From: Eledone cirrhosa | Taxonomy: Eukaryota | Direction of reading: 5' to 3' | DNA: 64,000 bases | NCBI GenBank assembly: GCA_964016885.1 | Contig: OZ024765.1 | Coordinates: 20,646,001-20,710,000 of the forward strand | In this document: positions 1-15,493 of the stretch, piece after piece | Position numbering within the stretch: position 1 is the stretch's first letter | Layout: every line of letters begins with the position of its first letter | Notes under the pieces: model-generated | Told to the model about the DNA's origin: nothing | The model's input: only the letters and a program-made list of their open reading frames with translations | Database searches by the model: none | Made by a program: the position numbers and the translations under genes

Positions 1-43
<43 letters not shown>

Positions 44-106
44 GTTATATATATATATATATATATATATACATCGTTATATATATATATATATATATAT
101 ACATCG

Positions 107-139
<33 letters not shown>

Positions 140-290
140 GCTATATATATATATATACATCGCTATATATATATATATATATATACATCGCTATATATAT
201 ATATATATATATATACATCGCTATATATATATATATATATATACATCGCTATATATATATATATATATAGCGATGTATATATATATATCG

Positions 291-323
<33 letters not shown>

Positions 324-541
324 GCTATATATATATATATACATCGCTATATATATATATATATACATCGCTATATATATATATATATACATCGCTATAT
401 ATATATATATATATATATATATAGCGATGTATATATATATATATATAGCGATGTATATACACACAGTTTGTGTGTTTATACATCGATAGAAATAAACACA
501 CTGTATATATATAAACACAAAACACATGCAATGATATATAA

Positions 542-584
<43 letters not shown>

Positions 585-991
585 TATTTAAAGTGAGATG
601 TTGTGGTGTTCATACCTTAGCTGAGGTGTAGCAACGTCCAGGAGACGGCGTTTCTTGATTACAGAAAGTCCAACAAGAGTTATCGGACCTGACAACCAAT
701 TGAATTGTGGGTAATGTTTTTTTTGTTTTTGCTTTTCTTATCCATTCAATCTGGGACTTATTTTATCAATCTCTGTTTGTCGAACTGCTACGATACCGGA
801 CATAATCATTCGCTTGCATTCTATCATACACACAGACATACATATATATGTGTGTGTGCTTTACTAATGATTTCTCCTGGATGAAACAGTTCTAGTCCCG
901 TAGAAGCCATTTCTATATTAAATATATATACTCTGCTATGTATTGAGTACCTTACTGTGGTTACCCACCCCCCGATTGAACACGGGATAAA

Positions 992-1054
<63 letters not shown>

Positions 1055-2102
1055 GCTGAGGTTGTCAGCAGATACTACAGACATGTGGTTAGAATGTCTC
1101 AGGAAAGAATCTCTGAATTGAGAGATCACAGCTCTGATACTACAGACATGTGGTTAGAATGTCTGAGGAAAGAATCTCTGAATTGAGAGACCACAGCTCT
1201 GATACTACAGACATGTGGTTAGAATGTCTCAAGTAAGAATCTCTGAATTGAGAGACCACAGCTCTGATATTACAGACATGTGGTTAGAATGTCTGAGGAA
1301 AGAATCTCTGAATTGAGAGATCACAGCTCTGATACTACAGACATGTGGTTAGAATGTCTGAGGAAAGAATCTCTGGACAGATTTTATGGGCAGAACCAAC
1401 CAGCAGGAGATCCAAGGGTAGACCCTGAGCAAGATGGATAACATCCATGAGCTTGGTCTCACTTAGGGATCCAGCTGGGTCAATTAGAGAGGGTTACTTC
1501 TGACAGGACGTGCTGGAAGGAGTGTTTGTGCAGAAAACAAAATTCCAATTTGTTTTTTTAAATATAAAAGAATTTTAATTAATGAAAAAAACAAGTATAA
1601 CACAGGGACACAGAAATATTTAATTAAATTTTATATTTTTATTAAATCTAAACAAAACAACAACAGCAGCAACAACAACAACAACAACAGTTGCTGTGAG
1701 ATGTTAAACTAAAGAATTGTTTCTACTTCAGACAAGGCCAGCAATTTTGAAGAGAAGTAGGAGGAGGAGAGAGTCAATTAAATCGACCTCAGTACATTAC
1801 TGGTACTTTATTTTATCAACTCCTGTAAAGATGAAAGGTAAAGCTACCCTCAGCGGGATTTGAACTCAGAACGTAAAGGGATGTAACTATGCTGTAAAGC
1901 ATGGTGTCAGACGCTCTACCGATTACTGCAGAACTACGGCCTTGTTAAATCTAACAACACAACAACAATAGTCAGTTGTTGTTGTTGTTGTCAATCTAAA
2001 CACATCAGGACTCCATGGTGTTACTGTTGTTGTTGTCAACCTAAACACATCAGGACTCCATGGTGTTACTGTTGTTGTTGTTGTCAACCTAAACACGTTC
2101 CA

Positions 2103-2168
2103 TTACAATTTAAACAGAACATTTTTCTCCTCTGGATTAAAACCTTTTTCATAGAAAGCTGCCGGACT
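2103..2168 (-). CDS. NDUFA10: NDUFA10 terminal coding exon 9 (SPAAFYEKGFNPEEKNVLFKL*)
   Basis: ctccag acceptor, TAA at 2103-2105; 'Y..G.N....LFK' C-terminus; exon lengths sum to 1194 nt = 397 aa + stop. Confidence 0.88.
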   Translation of the reverse strand, partial: SPAAFYEKGFNPEEKNVLFKL

Positions 2169-2193
2169 CTGGAGAGGAAGAAGAAGAAATTAG

Positions 2194-3530
2194 AGGTGGT
2201 GGCAGTGGTGTTGGTGGTGTGGTGGTGTAAGTGGTGGTGGCGGTGGTGTGGTGGAAATGGTGTTGGTGTGGTGGTGGCAGTGGTGTTGGTGGTGTGGTGG
2301 TGTAAGTGGTGGTGGCGGTGGTGTGGTGGAAATGGTGTTGGTGTGGTGGTGGCAGTGGTGTTGGTGGTGTGGTGGTGTAAGTGGTGGTGGCGGTGGTGTG
2401 GTGGAAATGGTGTTGGTGTGGTGGTGGAAGTGGTGTTGGTGGAAGTGGTGGTGGTGTGGTGGTGTTGGTGGAAGTGGTGGTGGTGGTGTGGTTGTGGTGG
2501 TGTTGGTGGTGTGGTGGCGTTGGTGGTGTTGGTGGAAGTGGTGGTGTTGGTGGAAGTGGTGGTGGTGTGGTTGTGGTGGTGATGATGGTGGAAGTGGTGT
2601 TGGTGTGGTGGTGTTGGTGGTGTGGTGGTGTTGGTGGAAGTGGTGGTGGTGGTGTGGTTGTGGTGGTGTTGGTGGTGTGGTGGTGTTGGTGGAAGTGGTG
2701 GTGTTGGTGTGGTGGTGGTGGTCTGGTTGTGGTGGTGATGATGGTAGAAGTGGTGTTGGTGTGGTGGTGGTGGTAGTGATGGTAGTGGTGGTGGTGGTGG
2801 TAGTGGTGATGGTAGTAGTAGTGGTGGTGGTGGTGTGGTGCTGGTGATGGTGTTGGTGTTGGTGATGGTATGGTGGTGGTGGTGGTGGTGTGGTGGTGGT
2901 AGTGGTGATGGTGGAAGTGGTGTGAGTGGTGATGGTAGTAGTAGTGGTGGTGATGGTGGTGGTGGTAGTGGTGGTGATGATGATGGTGGAAGTGGTGTTG
3001 GTGTGGTGGTGGTGTTAGAGGTGGTGGTGATTGTGGCAGTAGTAGTGGTGGGTAGTAGTAGTGGAGATGGTGGTGGTAGTGTTGGTGATGGTAGTGGTGG
3101 TGGTGTATAGTAGTAGTGGTGGTAGTGTTGGTGATGGTAGTGGTGTGTAGTAGTAGTAGTGGAGATAGTGTTGGTGATGGTGTGTAGTAGTAGTAGTAGT
3201 GGTGGAGGTAGTGGTGTGTAGTAGTAGTAGTGGAGATAGTGTTGGTGATGGTGTGTAGTAGTAGTAGTAGTGGTGGAGGTAGTGGTGGTGGTGTGTAGTA
3301 GTGGAGATAGTGGTGGTGTTGGTGATGGTGTGTAGTAGTAGTAGTAGTAGTAGTGGTGGAGGTAGTGGTGGTGGTGTGTAGTAGTGGAGATAGTGGTGGT
3401 GTTGGTGATGGTGTGTAGTAGTAGTAGTAGTGGTGGTGGAGGTAGTGGTGGTGGTGTGTAGTAGTGGAGATAGTGGTGGTGTTGGTGATGGTGTGTAGTA
3501 GTAGTGGTGGTGGTGGTGGTGGTGTTGTTG
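2194..3530. repeat. (GGT/AGT)n compound trinucleotide repeat filling NDUFA10 intron 8; similar tracts at 21973-22523 and 63323-63815
   Basis: Direct inspection. Confidence 0.95.
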
Positions 3531-3570
3531 GAAGCGAGGAGTAGTAGGAGGAGAGACAGGAGCAACTCAC

Positions 3571-3685
3571 CGAATTAATGACTCTCTCGTAATCAAGCAA
3601 ACTTTCTCCGAAAATCATCAGTTCTGGAGTTTTGAGGGGGGGTTCCAGGATAAAGAGGGGCCACAATGTATCCTTCATTGACACC
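3571..3685 (-). CDS. NDUFA10: NDUFA10 coding exon 8 (VSMKDTLWPLFILEPPLKTPELMIFGESLLDYERVINS)
   Basis: ttccag acceptor, gtgagt donor, phase 2-0 matches the flanking exons; 'PEL' motif. Confidence 0.85.
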
Positions 3686-3719
3686 CTGGAATATATAGAC
3701 AGGTAGGTAGATAGGTAAC

Positions 3720-5075
3720 TTTCTTTTTATTTGCCACCAGGGCATCAAAAAGTGGGACAAGTACAATGGGGGGAGTTTACATAACAAGGCGTCCTCAATA
3801 AGAAGGAGGCAATAACAATATATAAAAATAAAATAAAATATAACAAAATAAATTTAATAACAAAATCCTCAATAGGGAGGAGGCGCCTTGGGGGGGTCGC
3901 ACACACCCCCGAAAAAAAGTGTGCAACCCTTCTTCTCAGGAGCACAGAGAGGGGGCGCTCCCTTGATCTTTCATCTTCCTCACCTATAGTCTGATGTAGA
4001 GTGAAGGCCCATTCACACGGGCCATTCTCGCCACTTTCACCCATCTTTCATAAAAACGACTGGGGTGCAGCACCTCTCTCTCCATCCTGATCCTTCTTCC
4101 GAAATGATATCGGAAGAAATGGACCAGTTGTTGGCCAGAGAGAAAGGTGTCTGACCTCAGTCCTTTCAGACGCGTCCACCATACAACCTCTTTCGCCATG
4201 GCTATTACGCACAGAAACATCGCCTCTCCTTCGTTTTTGAAGAGGGGAGGCGGCTTGATCGTTACAATAGACTCGGTGGTCAACCAGATCGGTCCCACCC
4301 TTGACAGCAGTTGTTCGACATCGCCCCACAGATCGGCAATGCCCGAGCAGTGTACCAATCTTTTTCGAGGGGTCCCTACCCGGGCGCCCGTGTCTGTAGA
4401 GCCTTTCTCAAACGGGCAGAGCCCCTCGGTAGCACTGCCAGGCCGAGGACCTCTGGAAGTTATCCATGGGTCCCGGGCTGAATGTCCTACCGAACTGGTT
4501 GGCCAGTTCGTAATCCTCCATGCCTAGGGCTTCTCCGAGAGCGTCGTCGCACCTGCTAACCACCAGCTCTCTATAGAATGACAAGGTGGATTCTCCACTG
4601 ACAGCCGGGTCCGCCTGCCAGAGAGCCGTGAGCGCCTGGGCACACTCGGTGTGCCAGGCGCAGGTAGGTAGATATATGGAGAGGTAGGTAGGTAGAGAAA
4701 TAGATATGTTTCTATTTATTGCCCCGAGGGCACAAAAGAAGGGGACAAATACAAAGGGAGGAGTTTACACAAAAGAACGAGTTAAAAAAACCAATAACAA
4801 ATATAAAATTAACAATAAAGTCCTCAATAGGGAGGAGGCGTTTTGGGGGGTCGCACACACCCCCGAAAAAGTGTGCAACCCTTCTCCTCAGGAGCACAGA
4901 GAGAGGGTGCTCCCTTGTTCTTCCATCTTTTTCACCTACAGGCTGATATAGAGAGAAGGCCCATTCACGCGGGCCATTCTCGCCACTCCCACCCACCTTT
5001 CCTAAAACTGGCTGGGGTGGAGCCCCTCTCTCTCTCTCTCTCTCCATCCTGACCCTTCTTCCGAAACGATATCGG
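3720..5075 (-). mobile_element. Two degenerate 3' fragments of an L1/Tx1-like LINE (about 3720-4660 and 4710-5075)
   Basis: HCSGIADLW...AMAKEVVWWTR...F.ERW C-terminal motif pattern; the two pieces are homologous. Confidence 0.65.
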
Positions 5076-5368
5076 CAGAGAAATAGACAGACAGACAGAC
5101 ACGAAAAAGGAACCGCTGATCGTGACCATTGGTGACTACTTGCTGCTGCTTGATGCACCAAAAGGCGCGGAAGCACCTAAGACTAAGACATGTATCGTCC
5201 TGTAGCTCCTGAGGGAGTTTTAGGGGTCACCATATTGACATACATCCCTTTCCAGGTCTGAATACAGCAGATTTCTTCCAGAGAAGGATAGAGAGAGAGA
5301 GAGTGAGAGAGTGTATGTATAACGTATGTATAGTGTATATATAGCATATATATATATATATATATATA

Positions 5369-5890
5369 TCATCATCATCATCATCTTCGTTTAACGTCTA
5401 TTTTCCAGACTAGTATGGGTTCATCATCATCATCATCATCATCACCGTTTTACGTCCGTTCTTCCACGCTAGCATGGGTTAGACGGGTTGTCCTGTTGTG
5501 GGCAGTGTCTGGTCGGCTGACCATGCCTTGCTCATACAGGAACTGATTCTGGCTTGATTTCTACAGCTGGATGCCCTTCCTAACACCAACCTCATTTACA
5601 GTGAGTGCTGGGTGCTTTGTCGTGGCGCCTACACGTCCACTTTACAGTGTGGGCTGGGTGCTTTTTTGCCGTGGCACCTCCACGACCACCTTGCAGTGGG
5701 GGGAGTGGGGGCATATTGTTTATATGCTTCAGCTTGTACCCATGGGAGGTCGGGTACTCTGTATTACTGCGTGACGCCAGAAGTCACGGTCGTGTGTCAT
5801 TGACTTTGAGAGGTGTAGTTGGGTAAGGTCGGCTTTTATCACCTCATCCCAGGTCATCTTGGGTCTCCCACTCCGCGGTTTCCATCAACT
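5369..5890 (-). mobile_element. RTE-related 3'UTR fragment
   Basis: gatgcccttcctaacaccaacc motif, (CAT)n tail. Confidence 0.75.
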
Positions 5891-6037
5891 TCTAGTGCTC
5901 TGCACCTGTTATATATACAAATGAAAGTACAGCATATTCGAAGTTCAAGCAGCAGCTAAGCCAACGAATGCCTTCAGCCAATGCGTGCAGCCAAGCACTC
6001 GACAAGGAATAGACCTCAGAGTAATAACATATATATA

Positions 6038-7236
6038 TCATCATCATCATCATCATTTTACGTCCGCTTTTCCCTGCTTGCAAGGGTTGGACAGGTCCTA
6101 TTCAGCACAGCATCTCTCCACTTGTCACGGTCCTTCGTCATCTCCTCGGTGAGTTTCAGTGATCTGAGGTCTGTTCTCATCACCTCCGCCCATGTCTTTC
6201 GTGGTCTTCCTCTACTGCATCTTCCCTCCACTGGCACTTCTTTACCCAGCGGTCATCCTCCATGCGCATCACATGTCCATACCATCTCTGCCTTCTCTCC
6301 CGTACACCACAACTTATCCCTCTTATACCCAGTTTCTTTCTTAACTCGGCCATGCTGGGTCGTTCACACACATTGACATTGCACATCCAATGGAGCATAC
6401 TTGCTTCATTTCTCTCCAGCCGTCGCATATCCTCTGCAGTTGCTGCCCATGTCTCACTACCATGCAGCATCGCGCATCTCACACAGGCATCATATAACCG
6501 GCCTTTCGTACGCAGGGAGAAACCCTTCTTCGTCAACAGAGGAAGCAGCTCCCTAAACTTCTTCCAACCTGTCCTTATTCTAGATACTATGGCCTCGGAA
6601 CACCCCCCTCCCATGCTAATCTGATCACCTAGGTACCGGAAGCTATCAACCTCTTCTATAGAACCCACCTGCATTGGAAAAATGTGTCTATCACTATGAT
6701 TAGTACTGCCAACTTTCCCTGTACATCTACTGCATACATATTTCTCCCTACCTGTTAGTTTGCCTGCTATCCCGCTACATCTCTTGTGTACCCAGGATCT
6801 GCATTGCGTACATTTTATGGAATTTATGCCAGTTCCTTTCCTGCATATCGAACATGGCCATTTCCCTGACGGAATCAGAGTTTTGTCCTCTTTTCTACTC
6901 ATCAACACTTTTGTCTTAGCTAGGTTCACTCTCAGACCTCTTGGTTCCAACTGCTGTTTCCATAGCCAGAATTTATTCTCTAGCTCCTCTACTGATTCTG
7001 CTATAAGAACCAGATTGTCAGCATAGAGAAGTTCCCATGGACAGCCAGTCTTAAACTCCTCTGTTATGGCTTGGAGGACTATAATGAACAAGAGTGGGCT
7101 GAGGACCGAACCATGATGTACACCTACTTGTATCTGGAATTCCTCACTAAACTCCATTCCTATTCTCACTTTACTGAGAGTACCTCTGTACAAAGCTTTC
7201 ACTGTCCTCACAAGCCATTCCTCAACACCTAGTTTA
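6038..7236 (-). mobile_element. RTE LINE 3' fragment (RT C-terminal half, degenerate YADN)
   Basis: GVHHGSVLSPLLF, YADN, FRYLG; (CAT)n tail on plus. Confidence 0.9.
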
Positions 7237-7294
7237 TCACACCACTCGTGTCAAGCTGTATGAGGCTTTCTCTTTCCCCTTGGACAATATATAT

Positions 7295-8247
7295 AGCGTA
7301 TTAATAAAGTATTAATAGTGTATATATATAAAGTATTAATAGTGTATATACAGTGTATATATATAAAGTATTAATAGTGTATATATAAAGTATTAATAGT
7401 GTATATACAGTGTATATATAAAGTATTAATAGTGTATATACAGTGTATATATAAAGTATTAATAGTGTATATAGTGTATATATAAAGTATTAATAGTGTA
7501 TATGCAGTGTATATATAAAGTATTAATACTGTATATACAGTGTATATATAAAGTATTAATAGTGTATATATATAAAGTATTAATAGTGTATATACAGTGT
7601 ATATATATAAAGTATTAATAGTGTATATACAGTGTATATCTTCAGACGATCGACTTTCGTCAAATCGGACCGAGGGAGCAATGTTTCCGTTGGTCTTTCC
7701 AATTGCTAATACTATCTATCGGTCGCAACTCCAGGTAGAAGGAGCAACGTGAAATAAAGTGTCTTGCTCAAGGACATAACGCATCGCCTGGTCCAGGAAT
7801 CGAACTCACAACCTTACGATTGCGAATCCAATTCTCTAACCACTCCGCCACACGCCTTCACCACAGTGTATATATAAAGTATTAATAGTGTATATACAGT
7901 GTATATATATAAAGTATTAATAGTGTATATACAGTGTATATATATAAAGTATTAATAGTGTATATAGTGCATATATAAAGGATTAATAGTGTATATACAG
8001 TGTATATATATAAAGTATTAATAGTGTATATACAGTGTATATATATAAAGTATTAATAGTGTATATAGTGTATATATAAAGTATTAATAGTGTATATACA
8101 GTGTATATATAAAGTATTAATAGTGTATATACAGTGTATATATATATAAAGTATTAATAGTGTATATACAGTGTATATATAAAGTATTAATAGTGTATAT
8201 ACAGTGTATATATAAAGTATTAATAGTGTATATACAGTGTATATATA
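7295..8247. repeat. About 33-bp AT-rich minisatellite interrupted by a SINE
   Basis: tataaagtattaatagtgtatatacagtgta repeats. Confidence 0.9.
7640..7862 (-). mobile_element. tRNA-derived SINE family 2 (CORE-like); other copies at 25458-25652 (+) and 20140-20268 (-)
   Basis: TGGCGGAGTGGTTAGA A box, GAGTTCGATTCC B box, cttgagcaagacact core-like motif. Confidence 0.82.
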
Positions 8248-8466
8248 GGCCTGAGTACAGCAGATTTCTTCCAGAGAGAGATAGAAAGTGAGAGATATAG
8301 AGGAAGAATCAACCCCAGTACTTGACTGGTACTTTTTTATCGACCTCGAATAAATGAAACGCAAAGTTTCCCCCCCGAGAGGAGAGTGCAACAAATACCA
8401 CAAATCATTCTATCTGGCGCTCTACCGACTCTGCCAGTTTGCTGCCATAGGTTTATATATATATAT

Positions 8467-9236
8467 AATAAAAATAGACGGTAGCCACGGAGTAGGCAGA
8501 CCCCAAAAAACCTGGGACGACTTGATAAATTCCAACCTCACACACTTACACCTCTCCAAGACAATGTCACTGGACCGAGATCTTTGGCGCTACACAGTAA
8601 TAGAGAAGACCCGCCTTACCTAAATACAAAGTAAAACCTACTACAGTCAGTAGGCACCTCTAACAAAATACACCCCCCGTCCCACCACCCCCCACCCCAT
8701 CCACACCGCCCCTTTCAATGTAAAGTTATGTTGGTACCACAACATCCAGTCCAAAACAAATGAGGTTGTGTAGGTGTCATGACAAAAAAAACACACAGTC
8801 CACGCTGTAATGTGGCCGTGTAGGCAACACGGTAAAAACCTCCCAGTCCACACTGTAAATGTGGTTGGTGTTAGGAAGGGCATCCAGCCGTAGAAAACCT
8901 GCCAGACAGTCCACGCTGTAATGTGGCCGTGTAGGTAACACGGTAAAAACCTCCCAGCCCCACACTGTAAATGTGGTTGGTGTTAGGAAGGGCATCCAGC
9001 TGTAGAAAACCTGCCAGACAGTCCACGCTGTAATGTGGCCGTGTAGGCAACACGGTAAAAACCTCCCAGCCCCACACTGTAAATGTGGTTGGTGTTAGGA
9101 AGGGCATCCAGCTGTAGAAAACCCGCCAGACAGTCCTATGCGAGCAGGACAACCACTCTTGCCTCAAGTGGGAAAACTCCCGTCCAAACCCATGCAAGCG
9201 TGGAACACGGACGTTAAACAATGATGATGATGATGA
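8467..9236 (+). mobile_element. RTE LINE 3' end with tandemly repeated 3'UTR segment
   Basis: [12 protein letters not shown]...EKTRLT*; repeated ggttggtgttaggaagggcatccagc; (GAT)n tail. Confidence 0.85.
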
Positions 9237-9335
9237 TATCCCAGAGTCAATATCATACGTAGAGCCAACCAAGTTCACCAGTGCCCTCCATCGCTGGCGG
9301 TGCCCGAGCAGTAACAACAGTAAAGTATTACTTAC

Positions 9336-9445
9336 ACCATTCTATAGTTATTATAATCGTCTTCGTGTTTCTGCCGCCAAGCCTTGAACTTATCGTGGTT
9401 TTCTTCGTCTTTCACCAGCTCCAGGTCTTCAATATCTTCAACAAT
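9336..9445 (-). CDS. NDUFA10: NDUFA10 coding exon 7 (IVEDIEDLELVKDEENHDKFKAWRQKHEDDYNNYRM)
   Basis: ttccag acceptor, gtaagt donor, phase 0-2; 'VEDIE.L' motif. Confidence 0.9.
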
Positions 9446-9451
9446 CTGGAA

Positions 9452-9538
9452 ATATAGAGAGAGAGGGATTATATTGAGTCCATTCTGGCCCCAGGAGGGG
9501 AGACATATCAACGAGACAGACATCATCATCATCATCAT

Positions 9539-9601
<63 letters not shown>

Positions 9602-9674
9602 TTATATTGAGTCCATTCTGGCCCCAGGAGGGGAGACATATCAACGAGACAGACATCATCATCATTGTTTAATA

Positions 9675-9750
<76 letters not shown>

Positions 9751-9820
9751 ATTGAGTCCATTCTGGCCCCAGGAGGGGAGACATATCAACGAGACAGACA
9801 TCATCATCATTGTTTAATAT
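9452..9820. repeat. Triplicated ~70-bp segment separated by (AT)n(AG)n
   Basis: attatattgagtccattctggccccaggagggg occurs 3 times. Confidence 0.85.
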
Positions 9821-9961
9821 ATACGTAAGGATGAAAGGCAAAGTTGACCTTGGTGGGATTTGAACTCAGAATGGAAAGGGCTGCAACTCTATGCGTCAAA
9901 GCATGACATCCGACCCTCTACCGATACTGCCAATCCACCGCTCTTATATTGATAATAATAA

Positions 9962-11140
9962 TATTGAAAATTGTGTACAGTGCTCAGGTGCACTACAACT
10001 CATCAAAGGTGCATGTATAGTACATAGAATAATGTACAAATGTCAAGAAAGTGAACAGTGTATGAGTCATGATATACATGTGTGTATGTGTATGGAGGGG
10101 GAATATCTGGTGTAGTGTTGGTGAATCTCAGGAAGCATGGAGGTTTTAAAGGATGCAGTGTCTCGACAGCTAACAACTGATGCAGGTAGTTTGTTCCATG
10201 GAGGTTTTAAAGGATGTAGTGTCTCGACAGCTAACAACTGATGCAGGTAGTTTGTTCTATGGAGGTTTTAAAGGATGCATTGTCTCGACAGCTAACAACT
10301 GATGCAGGTAGTTTGTTCCATGGAGGTTTTAAAGGATGTAGTGTCTCGACAGCTAACAACTGATGCAGGTAGTTTGTTCTATGGAGGTTTTAAAGGATGC
10401 ATTGTCTCGACAGCTAACAACTGATGCAGGTAGTTTGTTCCATGGAGGTTTTAAAGGATGCAGTGTCTCGACAGCTAACAACTGATGCAGGTAGTTTGTT
10501 CCATGGAGGTTTGAAAGGATGCAGTGTCTCGACAGCTAACAACTGATGCAGGGAGTTTGTTCCATGGAGGTTTTAAAGGATGTAGTGTCTCAACAGCTAA
10601 CAACTGATGCAGGGAGTTTGTTCCATGGAGGTTTTAAAGGATGCAGTGTCTCGACAGCTAACAACTGATGCAGGGAGTTTGTTCCATGGAGGTTTTAAAG
10701 GATACAGTGTCTCGACAGCTAACAACTGATGCAGGTAGTTTGTTCCATGGAGGTTTTAAAGGATGCAGTGTCTCGACAGCTAACAACTGATGCAGGTAGT
10801 TTGTTCCATGGAGGTTTTAAAGGATGCAGTGTCTCGACAGCTAACAACTGATGCAGGGAGTTTGTTCCATGGAGGTTTTAAAGGATGCAGTGTCTCGACA
10901 GCTAACAACTGATGCAGGTAGTTTGTTCCATGCTTCAGCAACTCAGAGTGTGAAAAAATGTTTCCGAAAGTCATGGGAGCTGTGCTGTTTTCTGACTTTG
11001 TTGACATGTCCACAGGTGTTAGACACATGGAAATCAAAAAGGTGCTCAGGGTTGTTGTTGGCAAGATGGTTAATAATCTTGTGGGTGTCTACCAAGTCAG
11101 TTGCCAGACGTCGGAGCTTTAATGTATCCATACCCAGGAG
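9962..11140 (-). mobile_element. CR1/L2-like LINE 3' fragment containing a 61-bp tandem expansion (about 13 copies, 10136-10932)
   Basis: LRRL..DL..THKI, FFTLRVAEAWNKLP motifs; unexpanded homolog at 17425-18000. Confidence 0.82.
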
Positions 11141-11204
11141 GGGAGAAACACAATATATACAATGTGAAAGATTTAAAAGATATCAGTTAAGACAGAATAC
11201 TTAC

Positions 11205-11259
11205 AATTTCCCAGTCAGGTAAATTTGTGATGTCGTAGGTGAGAATTTCTGAATGGTTT
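11205..11259 (-). CDS. NDUFA10: NDUFA10 coding exon 6 ([19 protein letters not shown])
   Basis: tttcag acceptor, gtaagt donor, phase 2-0; 'SE.L.YD' motif. Confidence 0.88.
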
Positions 11260-11309
11260 CTGAAATGACGGAAGCAAACCAGAGAAAATTAGTTGGGTAT
11301 TATCAGCAA

Positions 11310-13049
<1,740 letters not shown>

Positions 13050-14149
13050 GTAATAATAATAAATTTGAAGACTAAAATCGAAAGAGGGCTTGATAAGGAT
13101 AAATATATATCAAATATATAAGAACCGTAGAGCAAATATTTATTAAAATAACATTAAAGTTTAAGCAAAGAATCGCTGCTTTCACCCTTAACGGGATCTT
13201 CTAAAACTAACAAAGTCAATCTGTAAACGCAGAAGTGGATATTTCAAAAAACGTTGCAACCGGAGGAAGACAGGAAGACGATACTTTGGTTCGTGGAAAC
13301 GTTCGCTGGCAAAGAACGGGAAAAAAATGAATATAATACGTCATTAATAGGAGCGGTGAAAAACAATTACGCGCAAAGACAGAACCACGTTTATGGTATA
13401 AAAGAAGTCGTAGACTAATGTTCTCTTAGGTGGTGCATAGAGACGTTCTCTGACAATGAATGAAAAAAACGAAGATAATACGTCATATGTGGAGCGTGGA
13501 GAACAATAGCACGCAAAGACAAAACCACGTAAATGGTATAGCAGAAGTCGTAGACTAAAATTCTAACTAGGAGACCGAATGAATCTCCGCTACAGAGTTA
13601 AGAACAAAGTAAATAAATACAATACAGAAGTAATAGAAATAAATAAATACATACCCGCAAACAAATACGTACATACACAAGCATACGCAAAACACTTACC
13701 ATAGGTATACAAAACCACGCACATATAAATGTGTGTGTGTGTATGCGTGTATACAAATAAAAGAATAATTATATAAACGTATGTAAATAAATAAATACGT
13801 ATATAACAAGTGCACACACATACCTGCATGTAAATACACGAATGTTCGGAGACGTAAGTCAACCAAAACATGAAGTACACATCTACACACACCCTACATA
13901 CGTACGAACCTGCATACTCACACACGCAAAACTCCCGTATACACATAGCCAAACCATATGTACCAGAATAAATAAAATTATACGCCATAAACAATCAGAT
14001 ATACGTACGAGAAGGTATACGTAGCTTCACAAAACATACAGATAATATATACTTACCTATGCAAATAAGTAATGGTATAAACAAAACATATACTTAGATC
14101 CCACATCAAGACGTAAAATATATACATGCATGCACACATATATATATAC

Positions 14150-14430
14150 ATGTTTACCAAACATTTATTATAATGCTCAGTTTGTTTGTTTGTAAACAAA
14201 CAAACAGCCCGAATAACGAAAGTATATACTTTCAAACGTTCAACCATCTAGCAGGAAGGTATACGATGCTGACGATAGCTAATAAGCTTGAAACTAGTAC
14301 ATCGTTCCTGTGTCAGTGTTGAACAAAAAGGTGACGTGGTTGCCTAAACACTGTACGGCGTAATTCGGGCTGTTTGTTTGTTTACAAACAAGCAAACGGA
14401 GCATTATAATAAATGTTCGGTAAACCGATA
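14150..14430 (+). mobile_element. HHR repeat family B with inverted left arm; HHR at 14263-14305 (+)
   Basis: ACGATG-CTGACGA-TAGCTaataAGCTT-GAAA-CTAG-TA-CATCGT; about 14152-14213 is an inverted copy of about 14363-14425. Confidence 0.85.
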
Positions 14431-14744
14431 CACACATATATATATATGTGTGCATGTATGTATGTATATATACATACTACTGTATGTCTGTATTCATATA
14501 TATATGTACGTATGTGACTTTGGACATCCTGCAGGACTAAAAACAAGACCTGTCAAAGGGCAAAGGAGCTCTTAAGAATCAATGGCCATCCAAAATCACC
14601 GGCAGAGATGACCCCTTAGCCTTTGTCAAGACAGAATTCTAGGAGAAGGAAAACTCTGATATAACACCTGCAACCCTGATGGTATCCAATGATGTTGACT
14701 TGTTCTTCTTTTTGGTAAATATCATCTTGGTTAAGAGAGTGGGA

Positions 14745-15010
14745 CTGGCTTTGTGCAGTGCCTTTGCTCACTATAAAAGCTTCACGGCACAGGCATTGCT
14801 TTATATCTGGAGATCTCTCTGCACTTGTCGTCACATGGTACCATGGGCCCAGCACTATGTGTCAATAATTGTCACAAGTGTAGTGTTTGTACCAGAGTTT
14901 TCAAGTCGCTGGCTGGACTAAAAAGTCACACTCGTTCAGCGCATCGATAGGGGTTCTCCTACATGGATATAAAGTAGTGGCCGTACTCGAAAACGAGTTG
15001 GCAGCCACTA
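14745..15010 (+). mobile_element. LINE 3' fragment ending in a C2H2 finger; second copy at 42087-42350
   Basis: [23 protein letters not shown] in the 42 kb copy; near-identical copies flanked by microsatellite. Confidence 0.7.
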
Positions 15011-15262
15011 TGTACGTATACATACATACATACTTACATTTATGATATATATATATATATATATAAAGGAAATATCAATTTAAATAAGTTGAAAAGCCCT
15101 CCAATGTGTACAAGATTAAAGGTAAAATTCAATCGTCTCCATTCTTTTCTCTATGACTCCAATTGCATTGGTATCTTTAATCTTCTGCGCATTGTAGGGC
15201 TTTCAAACTTATTTTAATTTGTATTTCCTATTCCACAATGCTTCAAGCAAACTACAACACTC

Positions 15263-15298
<36 letters not shown>

Positions 15299-15493
15299 CG
15301 AAGGAAATGTGGTAAGGAACCAGGTGGACCATAACGCACCAAAGTACTCAATACTTGAGGTAGTAGAGTGGGTAATAGGAACCAGTAAGACCCCGACAGC
15401 TGAGCTCAAGCCGTTACGACGGCTAATTCTGGACGTGTCCAGAATTAGCCGTCGTAACGGCTTGAGCTCAGCTGTCGGGGTCTTACTGGTTCC

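Noticed and set aside
2084-3565. His/Thr/Pro-rich ORFs (also 21735-22689 and 63281-63823)
   Set aside because: (CAC/GGT)n repeats. The first two are intronic in NDUFA10; only the embedded exons are coding.
7780-7862. tRNA gene
   Set aside because: A/B boxes continue into a SINE body found at several loci; no intact cloverleaf.
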